Part shown: in pieces, positions 45,840-55,631 of the stretch
Layout of the letters: each line of letters starts with the position of its first letter
Numbering within the stretch: position 1 is the stretch's first letter
From: Thermoplasmata archaeon
GTDB taxonomy: Archaea; Thermoplasmatota; Thermoplasmata; WALJ01
Length of the DNA stretch: 64,000 bases
Direction of reading: 5' to 3'
NCBI GenBank assembly: GCA_027006785.1
Contig: JALTFR010000032.1
Coordinates: forward strand, 67,685 to 131,684
Notes under the pieces: model-generated
Told to the model about the DNA's origin: nothing
Databases searched by the model: none
What the model saw: the letters and a program-made list of their open reading frames with translations, nothing else
Position numbers and translations under genes: made by a program

Positions 45840-46745
45840 TCAGTATTTGTCTATTGAGACCAGTTCAACGGTGAATATCAGTGTCCTTCCCCTTGTAAGG
45901 TCGTTGTAGTCTATGGTGTATGTACCGTTCTGCAGGTCAACTTCCGTGAGTACGAATGTCTTTTTCTTCCCATCGGTACTGTGCTGTGGTACGCCTGAGC
46001 CCTTTATGTGATATGCATCATCAGGACCTATGAGGTTCCTGACCTCTATGCTCCCGTTTCCATTGTTGGCGGAACTGTCCATATTTATTACCTTCACGTA
46101 CCAGCGTCCATTGAAATATGTGGCACCTTCCTGAGGTTGATTGTCGAGTATGCAGTATCCATCCATTACATTCTCAACAGTCATGTTCCAGTGAAATTTC
46201 GGATTTTCAACGACCATACCTACCTTTGGATTCTTTCCGAATACGTAGAGGAATCTGGAGTTAGGATACTGTTCCTTTATGGTGACGTTCTCCACCAGAG
46301 GATGCTTCTCTATCAGATTTGGGTCGCCGTATCCGTATCCTTTCTCGGGAGGTATCACTATGGTCTTCGTCTCTCCGGGTTTCATGCCGATAAGTCCGTC
46401 TTTGAATCCCTCTATAACAGAAGTATAGCTCCCGTCACTTCCATCACCGACATGAACCATCAGAGGTTTGTACTCGTATTTTGGGCGCATCTGGAAGGTA
46501 GGTGTCTTTGGATAGGATTTGTTGTCTATTGCGACATTGTAAAGCGATGTATCAAAAACCAGTCCGCCTCCATATTCTGGAGCGAGCATCCCGATGTAAT
46601 TGACCTTTACATTGGAGCCTTCTCTCACTGCTTTCTCGTTGTCAGCCGGTGGCTGAAGTGCAGGTACCACTGCGAACTGGTAAACGGCTGCCACGATAGC
46701 GATGACGACAATCCACGTTAGAGCATATACAATCCATTTCTTCAT
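45840..46745 (-). CDS. membrane-anchored FKBP-type peptidyl-prolyl cis-trans isomerase with extra C-terminal domain
   Basis: N-terminal TM; VKVNYIGML...GGLVFDTS...HVGDGS...VIEGFKDGLIGMKPGETKTIVIPPEKGYG matches the FKBP fold signature. Confidence 0.6.
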   Translation of the reverse strand: MKKWIVYALTWIVVIAIVAAVYQFAVVPALQPPADNEKAVREGSNVKVNYIGMLAPEYGGGLVFDTSLYNVAIDNKSYPKTPTFQMRPKYEYKPLMVHVGDGSDGSYTSVIEGFKDGLIGMKPGETKTIVIPPEKGYGYGDPNLIEKHPLVENVTIKEQYPNSRFLYVFGKNPKVGMVVENPKFHWNMTVENVMDGYCILDNQPQEGATYFNGRWYVKVINMDSSANNGNGSIEVRNLIGPDDAYHIKGSGVPQHSTDGKKKTFVLTEVDLQNGTYTIDYNDLTRGRTLIFTVELVSIDKY

Positions 46746-46791
46746 AGAATCACCCGGACATTCGGCACCTTAATAAATAGTTTGCCCAAAG

Positions 46792-47694
46792 TCAATCCTC
46801 TGTACATTCCAAGGTTATTCCTTCTGGAGATATTTCTGTGCTCTCTACGACCCCTTCATCTCCTATAATATATTCAACGGCCCTAGTTACGGAATCCTCT
46901 ACCTTCTCATCAACCAGAAAATAGACCGCAGGTCCCCATGAGCTCTGTCCCGCACCATAGGCACCGGCAGACATGCCTGCCTGAATCAGTTCTGAGACTA
47001 TTTCATGTGAGAAATCGCCTTTCTGCGAGGCGGAGAACATTTTTCCAGTCTCCCTGTCTATCCTCTCGAGTATCTTTCCGGTTTTTGAGATGTCACGGGA
47101 TTCTATGGCCTTTTCAAGCATGACAGCAAGGTCCTCGGAGTTCCCAATGCCTTTATCCATCCTTTTCATGGCCTTTTTCTCCTCTTCTCCGTAGAAATCA
47201 TGTCTGCTCTCGGGGAGCGCCACAACGAAGCGCCAGTCCGAAGGCGTTATTATGGAAGACGCTCTGCCATCAGGGTGTATTATCACCAGCCCGCCTTTTA
47301 CAAGTGACTCAATGCCGGCCCTCGAATTCCTCCCCCTTCCGAAAAAATCTGCTATTTCATGTATCTCAATTTCAAGGTCGTAAAGTGCCGAAATGCCCAT
47401 TCCCACAGACAGTGCCATCCTTGTTCCGGAACCAAAACCTGCATGTCTCGGTATGGCCTTTCTCACCTCTATTTCAACTCCTCTTTCGGGAGCATAGTTT
47501 TCAATGAAATCCATGGCCATCCTGAATATCTCATCGGAAAGAGGGCCGGAGACATGAAGTTCTCTGCTTTTTTCTAGTGAAATCTCGAGGAACGGTGAAT
47601 TTATGCTGACAGCTACCGAACCCGGAGTGCTGTCGTATACCGCAGGTATGAATCCCAGATGAAGTCGTGCAGGCGCCCTTACCAGAACAGCCAT
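46792..47694 (-). CDS. GHMP-kinase-family protein of the beta-ribofuranosylaminobenzene 5'-phosphate synthase (MptG, COG1907) type
   Basis: APARLHLGFI N-terminus and IPRHAGFGSGTRMALSVG (GSGT variant of the GHMP glycine-rich loop typical of COG1907). Confidence 0.5.
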   Translation of the reverse strand: MAVLVRAPARLHLGFIPAVYDSTPGSVAVSINSPFLEISLEKSRELHVSGPLSDEIFRMAMDFIENYAPERGVEIEVRKAIPRHAGFGSGTRMALSVGMGISALYDLEIEIHEIADFFGRGRNSRAGIESLVKGGLVIIHPDGRASSIITPSDWRFVVALPESRHDFYGEEEKKAMKRMDKGIGNSEDLAVMLEKAIESRDISKTGKILERIDRETGKMFSASQKGDFSHEIVSELIQAGMSAGAYGAGQSSWGPAVYFLVDEKVEDSVTRAVEYIIGDEGVVESTEISPEGITLECTED

Positions 47695-47777
47695 ATTGCA
47701 GGAGTAATGCCATATCTATAAAGATTTTCTCGGAAGGCTCTCAGACACCCTTATATATTTCAGAGTGATGGCCAAGC

Positions 47778-48590
47778 ATGGAAGTCCCGGAACTCGTAAG
47801 AAAGGCCTTGGAATACAGAGGCTTTACCGTGGTATCCGATTCCGTAATGCTTGTAGTCAGAGGAGTCGAAGGAGAGTATGTCGTGCTGCTCAAGCATGAA
47901 AACGACACGCCTCCAATTCAGATAGAGGGAAAGAAACTTGTTATTTCCCTTGTAGACGATGCAGAACCGGAGGGCGATATATTCTGGAGCCGCGCTGACT
48001 TTGAGGCATATATAGGACAGGCTCTCCTTTCAGAGGCACTGGGATCCGAAAATCCTGTGGATCTCATCTCCTCATTCGAGGAGACCTTTACAGACAATAG
48101 CGAACCAATCGCCGCCAGATTGCCCGATTCAGAGGTTCTTGGCGAGGAAGAGGGTGTGATAGCCTCGATAAAGGAGACCGTACCTTTTCATGCCATATAT
48201 TTCTCGCTGGAAAGCGATGGGGCCACGGATGCCGGGATAATACTTGTCGATGCTACAGATGGCGTTCCATACAGGGCCGAGGAGCCGCTCTTATCGGGCA
48301 GAGAAATGACGGATCTGGGAGAAGAGAGGAAGGAGCCAACCGTATCGCCCGAGAATGCAAATGACATCGCCATAGATTACATCATATCTTTGCACAGCAG
48401 AGAGGTGGAATCCACAGAAGAGATGGGCTCTGTAACGGTTGTCGAAAAGAAGATTGTCGCCCCATCTCTGTCCGATATATCTTCAAGATATCTGGGAATA
48501 ATTCATATTCCTGTGCTGGTACTGGAAAAAGAGAATCTGACAGAGATAATAGATGCGAGTGGCATTATAGGTTTCAGAAAGCATTATTAA
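47778..48590 (+). CDS. acidic hypothetical protein
   Basis: 270-aa soluble ORF, pI strongly acidic, TATA-like CTTATATATTT ~35 nt upstream; no confident domain. Confidence 0.4.
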   Translation: MEVPELVRKALEYRGFTVVSDSVMLVVRGVEGEYVVLLKHENDTPPIQIEGKKLVISLVDDAEPEGDIFWSRADFEAYIGQALLSEALGSENPVDLISSFEETFTDNSEPIAARLPDSEVLGEEEGVIASIKETVPFHAIYFSLESDGATDAGIILVDATDGVPYRAEEPLLSGREMTDLGEERKEPTVSPENANDIAIDYIISLHSREVESTEEMGSVTVVEKKIVAPSLSDISSRYLGIIHIPVLVLEKENLTEIIDASGIIGFRKHY

Positions 48591-48611
48591 GATGTAAAAA
48601 ATAGCCGATAC

Positions 48612-49250
48612 ATGGACCTCTTCTCATTCGCAGTAGCTGTATTCACAGCTCTATTCGCCATAGTGAACCCGTTGGGAGCCATCCCTCTGCTCGTCAGCCT
48701 TACAGAGGGTTATGAAAGCACTGAGAAGAGAAGGGTTGTGACAAAGGCCGTTATAAGTGCTATGACCACTCTTCTGATATTCGCTGTTTTCGGAAACTAT
48801 ATCTTTGCTTTCTTTGGGATAACCATTCCGGCATTCAGGATTGCAGGAGGCCTTCTTCTTACCAGTGTGGGTTTCAGCATGATGAGAGGCCAACCGCCCC
48901 GTACAAAGAGCACCCCGGAGGAGAGGGAAGAGGCCATAGACCGTGAGGATATAGGGGTCGTCCCTCTCGGAATACCAATGCTTGCAGGGCCGGGTTCGAT
49001 AACAACAGTGATGATATACGTATCGAAGAGTGAGAGCATTTCCGAGATAGGGATAGTCCTTCTCTCGATAATAGCCGTAATGTCAATAGCATATGTTCTC
49101 TTTATATATGGCGACCGTATTTTCAGCAGGATTGGAAGGGTGGGCAGCAGGGCCTTCTCAAGGATAATGGGTCTCATCATAACCGCAATAGCGGTGGAGT
49201 TCGTAATAGAGGGAATACAGGCCGTGCTCGTCCAGTGGGGAGTGCTGTAG
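48612..49250 (+). CDS. MarC-family (UPF0056) integral membrane protein
   Basis: Six TM helices with the MarC pattern FAIVNPLGAIPL... Confidence 0.7.
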   Translation: MDLFSFAVAVFTALFAIVNPLGAIPLLVSLTEGYESTEKRRVVTKAVISAMTTLLIFAVFGNYIFAFFGITIPAFRIAGGLLLTSVGFSMMRGQPPRTKSTPEEREEAIDREDIGVVPLGIPMLAGPGSITTVMIYVSKSESISEIGIVLLSIIAVMSIAYVLFIYGDRIFSRIGRVGSRAFSRIMGLIITAIAVEFVIEGIQAVLVQWGVL

Positions 49251-49280
49251 AAAGATTAATCTGAACCCTCTATATGCCAC

Positions 49281-49804
49281 ATGGACCCTCTGAAAACTGC
49301 GGAGAGACTTGGATACAGGGTGCGCCTCATACCCCATGAAAGGATAAAGGAGTACATAGCGTGCTACAGAGTGATGTACAAAGGAATGGAGATTTACCCC
49401 GGAGTCGCATTGAGATTGGGCATCCCACCGAACGAGATTTGGGTGAGCGATGTTTTCAGGGATTTTCTCGGTCACATACTCTTTCACGAGCTCAGGGAGA
49501 TAGAGCACAGATACGAAGGGCATTCTCCCGATGATGCTCACATTCTGGCTCTTAAGGACGAGGAGAAGGAGTTCATCGGGGATGAGAAATGGCTCAGGTT
49601 GAAGAAAGAGATAAATGTGTGCACGGTGGAAGAGCTCCTCAGCACCCATGGAATTGGAAAGGAGCTTGCGTTGAGGATAATGGACAATCGCCCTACGATA
49701 GTATGGACGAGATTCTGAGAGTAAAGGGAATCGGAGAGAAAAGAGTGAATGATCTGAAAAATAGGTTCTGGTGCATTCGGGAGGAAGATACTGCGGATTT
49801 TTGA
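49281..49804 (+). pseudogene. HhH2-domain protein gene interrupted by an apparent -1 frameshift (or assembly error)
   Basis: Frame A ends ...HGIGKELALRIMDNRPTIVWTRF*; the overlapping frame continues YDSMDEILRVKGIGEKRVNDLKNRF, a second HhH (GIGxxxA/V) motif, so a contiguous product requires a -1 shift near 49693-49697. Confidence 0.5.
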
Positions 49805-49881
49805 TATTGAAAAACGAGCACATAAGGCATTTTCACAATCCAGACACAGAAACTTTGATAACTCGAAGCCTATGTGGTAGC

Positions 49882-50664
49882 ATGGTCACAAGATTCACAT
49901 TCTTAGGAAGCGGGGGTGGAAGGTTCACCACGATATTTCAGGCCAGAGCGACAGGCGGACTTTACATTGAGGACAGAGTGAGGCTCCATGTTGACCCCGG
50001 GCCAGGTGCGCTCATCCAGATGAAGAACATGAGAATAAACCCGACAAAGACAGATGCCATTCTGGTGTCCCATTCACATCCCGACCATTACACGGATGCG
50101 GAGATAATCATAGAGGGCATAACGGGGGGCGGCCTTAAGAAAAGAGGAAACCTTCTCGCTTCGAAGAGCGTTCTGGAAGGCACGGATGGCATAGGTCCGG
50201 CCATATCTAGGTATCATCAGTCTCTCATATCCAGCAGAAGCATGGAGCCCGGCGATTTCTTCAGCATAGGCCCCATAGACATCGAGGCCACGCCTTCCGT
50301 GCATTCTGACCCTGCCACCGTGGGATTCAAGTTTCATACATCAAGCGGCGTAATATCCTATGTTGCGGATACGGAGGCGGCCCAGCATGTAATAGAGGCC
50401 CACATGGGTTCAAGGGTTCTCATACTTCCGGTAACTCGTCCGAGAAATTCAAGGATACCCGGGCATCTTTGCACTGAAGATGCGATAGCCTTCATAGAGA
50501 AGATAGGTCCTGAGATGGTCTTCTTCAACCATTTCGGCCTTAAGATGGTGAGGGCGCCCCCCGAGGTGGAGGCATACTGGGTTCAGGAGAAAACCGGTGT
50601 CAGGACAATTGCGGCTGAGGACGGAATGCGTGTTAGCATGGGTACGCGCATCATGGTGAGATGA
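49882..50664 (+). CDS. metallo-beta-lactamase-fold hydrolase
   Basis: HSHPDHY (HxHxDH) motif and later His/Asp ligands; ATGATGA coupling to mptE. Confidence 0.7.
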   Translation: MVTRFTFLGSGGGRFTTIFQARATGGLYIEDRVRLHVDPGPGALIQMKNMRINPTKTDAILVSHSHPDHYTDAEIIIEGITGGGLKKRGNLLASKSVLEGTDGIGPAISRYHQSLISSRSMEPGDFFSIGPIDIEATPSVHSDPATVGFKFHTSSGVISYVADTEAAQHVIEAHMGSRVLILPVTRPRNSRIPGHLCTEDAIAFIEKIGPEMVFFNHFGLKMVRAPPEVEAYWVQEKTGVRTIAAEDGMRVSMGTRIMVR

Positions 50665-51326
50665 TGAAGTACGCTGAGTGGGAGCCGTATTATCTCGAAA
50701 TAGTCAGGGATTTCGGCTTCAATCCCTCAGAAGATGCAAGGGCAGGCGATATTCTTTCAGCACTTCTTCGGGACAGGGGCGGAATAACCGGGCCATCTCA
50801 CCTTGCCGAGATAATAAAAGGAAAACACGTGGATATAATCGGCCCAGCTGGGGGCAGCTCTGTAAAAGAGGTAAAGGAAAAGAAAGATCTCATAATTGCC
50901 GCAGATTCGGCGGTCCCCACTCTCCTTGCAATGTCCATACTTCCGGATATAATAACAAGCGACCTGGATGGAGGTACAGATGCTCTGATTCGAGCCAGTT
51001 CCATGGGTTCCATAGTTCTCATACATGCACATGGGGACAACATGGAACTTATCAGGAGATATGTCCCGCATTTCAAGGGACCGCTTGGGGGAACCGTGCA
51101 GACAGAGCCCTATCCCCCGCTCATGAACTTCGGGGGGTTTACAGACGGTGACCGTGCTGCATTCATAGCGGATGCAATGGGTGCGGAGCGCATAACCCTC
51201 ATAGGTTTTGATTTTGAAAATCCGGTGATAAAACCAGGAATGAGCCATGAGCAGCTTGAAATAAAGAAAAGAAAGCTTGAGTGGGCCCGCAGGCTCCTCT
51301 CTCTTCTGGATGTTGAAATGGTTTAG
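50661..51326 (+). CDS. mptE: archaeal 6-hydroxymethyl-7,8-dihydropterin pyrophosphokinase MptE (DUF115)
   Basis: IAADSAVPTLLAMSILPDIITSDLDG...LIHAHGDNMELIRRY matches the MptE/DUF115 family. Confidence 0.6.
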   Translation: MMKYAEWEPYYLEIVRDFGFNPSEDARAGDILSALLRDRGGITGPSHLAEIIKGKHVDIIGPAGGSSVKEVKEKKDLIIAADSAVPTLLAMSILPDIITSDLDGGTDALIRASSMGSIVLIHAHGDNMELIRRYVPHFKGPLGGTVQTEPYPPLMNFGGFTDGDRAAFIADAMGAERITLIGFDFENPVIKPGMSHEQLEIKKRKLEWARRLLSLLDVEMV

Positions 51327-51362
51327 GTTTAGTCATATCAGAGCTCTTACGCGCTTAAAGCC

Positions 51363-52901
51363 TCAGAACTGGTCAAAATCACCCTCTTCTTCCTCTTGGT
51401 CGGCTTCGCTGTCTTCAAGACCTTCTTCATCGAGCTCAATGTCATCGAAATCCTCTTCCTCTTCTTCGTCGGTCTCCTCGTCCTCTTCTTCATTCTCGGT
51501 TGTTCCGAGGTCGAAGATGAGCGACTGCGCAGCGCTCTCGTAGAATTTCGCCAGTTCTTTGAGTTCTTTAGGTATTATTAGCTGTCCGTTGGTTATCTGT
51601 GTTATCCTCTTCAGTGTGTCTATGGCTATTTCGGCTCTTTCCCTCTTCTTCTGAAGCCTCTCTCCTTCAGCACCCTCGGGAATTTCCACAAGGTCTTCGG
51701 GGGTGTCTCCGATATACACAGCGTTGATTATAACGCCACGTGAGGGTGGAAAGCGCTCTTTAACGAAGTTTATTATGGATTCGGAGACCTCCAGAACATC
51801 TTCTGTCTTTGCGAAACTTCCCTTCCATCCGTTGAACTCTCCATCTGAGAGTATGATTATCATGGTGGGCATCTTTTTCTTGGAGTCCTTTTCCATCAGG
51901 CTGAGAAGTTTATCGAGCTCCTCAAATGCGTTGACACCGTTGGTTGGCTTGTTGCTCTCCTGAGGTATGTAGGTGAAGAGCATCTTTATGAGCATTTCTT
52001 TGTACTGCTCTGTGGTGTCTACTCCTGCAGCCCCTATCTGGAGCCAGTATCTTATATTTCCCTTGTATTTATATGCTGCGGTCTTTGCCTGGCTGGAGTA
52101 GGTTATGAGTGCGACCCTCTCACTGAGCTCTCTCTCGGCCTTTTCCGAGAAATAGAGGAGAACGGCTGTGATTGCGCCGTGTATTCTCAGGACCTCTTTG
52201 CTCTTCTCCACGCTTTCCACCGTCTCTTTCAGCATTGTGAACTTCTGGTTGGCCATGAGTTTGTTGATTATCGGGTCATCGGAGAGCTTCATTATTCCGG
52301 GGGTGTTGTGGATGTAGTTAAAATACATCGAACCGGACGTATCCACCATGAGTATTCCGTTGAATGGTGATGTCACTGAGACCTTAATCTGCGTTTTGTC
52401 GGTGTAAACTGCATAAGGGAATGGATTTATCTTTGCAACCGTGAGGGTTATTCCCTTTTCATCCCAGTATATCTTAGAGCCGTGGTTGAACACAGGTTCC
52501 TTTTCCATGAAAAAGTTATGTATGGCCTCTCCACCATTCTCGTTTATCTCTTTGACTATCTCGAGAAGTTCGCCCCGCTCACTTCCCTCCATCTCAACAC
52601 GCATGACCGCTTCTTCGGCCTCAAGTGGTTCGGCAGGGAGTATGTCGAGGGCATCACCGTTGGTTGCACCGGACAGCTGAGCGCTCGTCCTGTTTATATA
52701 AGCCTCTCCTTTTTTTATCTTGGAATCGAACAGAAGTCGGTAATATTTCGATTCTCCTCTGTCCCTGTTGAATACCTCGACGATATCTCCTTTTTTAAGG
52801 CCCATCTTCTTTCCTACTGTCGAGTTGATCTTTATTACCCATGAATCTACATTGTCTTTGAGTACTGCTGCGAACGGCTCCATATTGAACACCTGAACCA
52901 C
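51363..52901 (-). CDS. von Willebrand factor A domain protein with AbrB/SpoVT-like N-terminal domain and poly-acidic C-terminal tail
   Basis: N-terminal VIKINSTVGKKMGLKKGDIVEV (swapped-hairpin pattern); vWA MIDAS VDTSGSM and ...IILSDGEFNG; last ~45 aa almost entirely Glu/Asp. Confidence 0.65.
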   Translation of the reverse strand: MVQVFNMEPFAAVLKDNVDSWVIKINSTVGKKMGLKKGDIVEVFNRDRGESKYYRLLFDSKIKKGEAYINRTSAQLSGATNGDALDILPAEPLEAEEAVMRVEMEGSERGELLEIVKEINENGGEAIHNFFMEKEPVFNHGSKIYWDEKGITLTVAKINPFPYAVYTDKTQIKVSVTSPFNGILMVDTSGSMYFNYIHNTPGIMKLSDDPIINKLMANQKFTMLKETVESVEKSKEVLRIHGAITAVLLYFSEKAERELSERVALITYSSQAKTAAYKYKGNIRYWLQIGAAGVDTTEQYKEMLIKMLFTYIPQESNKPTNGVNAFEELDKLLSLMEKDSKKKMPTMIIILSDGEFNGWKGSFAKTEDVLEVSESIINFVKERFPPSRGVIINAVYIGDTPEDLVEIPEGAEGERLQKKRERAEIAIDTLKRITQITNGQLIIPKELKELAKFYESAAQSLIFDLGTTENEEEDEETDEEEEEDFDDIELDEEGLEDSEADQEEEEGDFDQF

Positions 52902-52969
52902 GAGACACAGAGATATGATTTAAGTTTTTTGGGATAACTTCCACTCTTGTAAGGCAAATATGTGAAGAA

Positions 52970-53425
52970 TTACACGTGTCGCAGCTCCCTCACCCTTTCG
53001 CTCACAATATCACAGATATTTTCCAGCATATGTATCTCACCATGGTTGAAGGGGGAGAGCCTGTGCGAGTCTATGTCGAGCTCTCCAATTACTGCATTCC
53101 CATACAGAATGGGAATCACCACCTCGGATTTCACATCCGGGCTGCATGACAGGTAATTCTCCTCCTTCGAGACATCCTGGACCACGAAGACATCCTTTCT
53201 CTCCGCTGCCTGCCCGCATATTCCCTCGCCGAAACCTATCCTGACATGCTCTGTGGGAGCTCCGGAATAGGGCCCGAGAACGAGCTCATCGCCATCAACG
53301 ATGTAGAAACCCACCCAGTCGTAGTGCTCCACATTCTCCCTGAGGAATTCGCAGACCATCTGCAACGATCTTTCGCTCTCTTTCTCCCTTTCCAGTATCT
53401 CTTCAACACCTTTCAGGATGTCCAT
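52970..53425 (-). CDS. GAF-domain protein (free methionine-R-sulfoxide reductase-like)
   Basis: HYDWVGFYIVDGDELVLGPYSG...CGQAAER...SEVVIPI GAF/fRMsr signature; start placed at MDILKG. Confidence 0.65.
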   Translation of the reverse strand: MDILKGVEEILEREKESERSLQMVCEFLRENVEHYDWVGFYIVDGDELVLGPYSGAPTEHVRIGFGEGICGQAAERKDVFVVQDVSKEENYLSCSPDVKSEVVIPILYGNAVIGELDIDSHRLSPFNHGEIHMLENICDIVSERVRELRHV

Positions 53426-53500
53426 ACCGTGGCATGTCCTTGAGAGTATTAGTTTTTTCGGAGAGCGCATCTTTTTATGCCACCATTGCATTGAGGTCAT

Positions 53501-54748
53501 ATGGAGATTCCGAGGGACACCATGTACCTGAAGTTCCGATTGTACGGGTTCCTGAAGAACCTCAGGTTTTTCGACCCCTTCATAATCCTCTTTTTCAGGG
53601 AAATGGGGCTGTCCTTCTTCTCCATCGGGCTTCTTTTTTCAATAAGGGAGATCGCCACCAACATATTCGAGATACCCACGGGCTTCATAGCGGATTCCAT
53701 CGGAAGAAGGAAGGCCATGATAGCCGCCTTTTCCTCCTATCTCATAGCTTTTGCAGTTTTCTATCTCTTTCCATCGTTCTGGATGTACGCCTTTGCCATG
53801 GTCCTTTACGCATCCGGAGAGGCTTTCAGGTCTGGTACGCATAAGGCGATGATACTGGAATACCTGAGGATAAAGAAGATGGAACATCTCAAGGTGGAGT
53901 ACTACGGAAGGACGCGCTCCGCCTCACAGTTCGGCTCGGCAATATCCTCTCTCATCGCAATGGCCCTTGTCTTTTACTACGGTTCATACAGAATTGTCTT
54001 CCTCGCTTCCATGATACCATATGTCATTGAACTCTTTCTCATGTTCTCCTATCCGAAATACCTTGACGGGCAGATTGTTTCAATGAAAGGCACATGGTGG
54101 GAGCGCTCCAGAGCAGGTTTTTCGGCCACATGGAAGGACTTTCGCAGGATGATAACGGACAGGCCGGCATTAAGGGCCATATCAAACTCCGCGTTCTTCG
54201 ACTCCATGTTCAAATCCTCGAAGGACTATCTCCAGCCCATACTGGAGGCGCAGGCCCTTGCCTTACCGGTCCTTCTGTACCTCACAGGTGAGCAGAGGAC
54301 CGCTGTTGTCGTGGGCATCGTCTATTTCTTCCTGTATCTCCTGACATCCTACGCATCGCACAGCGCAGGCGCATTCTCAAGGAAGGTGCGCTCCCTGACA
54401 TTCGCCATAGATGTGACATACCTCATAGGCGCATTCCTGCTTCTTCTGGCAGGTGCATTCACCTTCATGCAACTGCTTCCCCTGGCGGTCATCTTCTTCA
54501 TAGCCCTCTACGCCCTCCAGAACCTCAGGAGACCGCTGAATGTCGCCTACATCAGCGATAACATACCGCACAGGACCATGGCCTCAGGCCTCAGCGTGGA
54601 ATCTCAGATAAAGATGACAGTTGTGGCCATAGCCGCCCCTATAATCGGGTTCATGGCTGACAGCATCGGAATAGGCCCTGCGCTCTCCGTCACCGCCTTC
54701 TTTTTCATCTCCCTTTTCCTTCTGGTGAGGGTGAACCGGACTGAGTGA
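53501..54748 (+). CDS. major facilitator superfamily transporter
   Basis: 12 predicted TM helices, MFS-type loop motifs (GFIADSIGRRKAMI). Confidence 0.75.
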   Translation: MEIPRDTMYLKFRLYGFLKNLRFFDPFIILFFREMGLSFFSIGLLFSIREIATNIFEIPTGFIADSIGRRKAMIAAFSSYLIAFAVFYLFPSFWMYAFAMVLYASGEAFRSGTHKAMILEYLRIKKMEHLKVEYYGRTRSASQFGSAISSLIAMALVFYYGSYRIVFLASMIPYVIELFLMFSYPKYLDGQIVSMKGTWWERSRAGFSATWKDFRRMITDRPALRAISNSAFFDSMFKSSKDYLQPILEAQALALPVLLYLTGEQRTAVVVGIVYFFLYLLTSYASHSAGAFSRKVRSLTFAIDVTYLIGAFLLLLAGAFTFMQLLPLAVIFFIALYALQNLRRPLNVAYISDNIPHRTMASGLSVESQIKMTVVAIAAPIIGFMADSIGIGPALSVTAFFFISLFLLVRVNRTE

Positions 54749-55604
54749 GATAGACGCCTGCCAGTATGAGCAGGCCCCACATCAGAAGGTATGGCGACAG
54801 CCTCTCGCCCATGAGGAGCGCGGAGAAAAGAACGCCGAAGAGCGGTATAAGGAACACGAAGGCTGTCTGCGCCGAGACCTCGTTGTGCTCGAGGACCTTA
54901 TACCAGAGCAGGTAGGGGAAAAGGGTGCCTATTGAAAGGAAAAGAAGGGCAAGGAGCCCCCAGGCATCCAGGGAAGGCACCTGAGGCTCGTATGCCCACA
55001 CAGGAAAAAGGAAGAGAGCACCGAAGACATAGCCCCATATCATCACGCCTTCGGGACTTGTATCGTGGAGTATGTGCTTCCCGATTATTCCGGATATGGC
55101 ATAGGAGAGCGCAGAGAGAAGTATGAGAAAGGCCCCCAGGCTGTTCGCATCCCCTATTCTCAGGTCTCCGCCTGTTGAGAGCATTATGGCGCCTGCGAAG
55201 GCCATGAGTATGCCCAGCACCTTCCTGCCGGTAACCTTCTCCCTGAGGAACAGGGCCGCGAGTATCAGGGTGAAGACAGGGCTCATGGGCTGGAGTATGC
55301 TGGTGACCGATGCGACGGTCTCACGGTCCATCATCCTCATCCCGAAGTTCTGCAGAAGGTCGGGAAACGGTATGGTGAATAGTGCGAATATGGGAAAGAG
55401 TATGCCTATGGCCTTGAGCTCGGATACCATCTTCCTCCGGTCCCTGAGAAGGAATGGAATAAGGGCGAGAGCGCCTATACCGTACCTGAACATCGAGAGT
55501 GAAACAGGGTGAAAATATCCGAGAAGGAACTTTATCACCGGAAAGGTGAGGGCCCACACGATGACGCAGACCAGCAGCGAGGCGATTTGTATCCTCTTAT
55601 CCAC
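54705..55604 (-). CDS. EamA/DMT-family transporter
   Basis: 10 TM helices, duplicated EamA halves; 44-nt convergent overlap with the MFS gene. Confidence 0.75.
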   Translation of the reverse strand: MDKRIQIASLLVCVIVWALTFPVIKFLLGYFHPVSLSMFRYGIGALALIPFLLRDRRKMVSELKAIGILFPIFALFTIPFPDLLQNFGMRMMDRETVASVTSILQPMSPVFTLILAALFLREKVTGRKVLGILMAFAGAIMLSTGGDLRIGDANSLGAFLILLSALSYAISGIIGKHILHDTSPEGVMIWGYVFGALFLFPVWAYEPQVPSLDAWGLLALLFLSIGTLFPYLLWYKVLEHNEVSAQTAFVFLIPLFGVLFSALLMGERLSPYLLMWGLLILAGVYLTQSGSPSPEGKGR

Positions 55605-55631
55605 AGGGCGAAATGGCGGTGCAATTAAACC

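Noticed and set aside
46008-46721. 237-aa + strand ORF
   Set aside because: Antisense to the FKBP-like gene.
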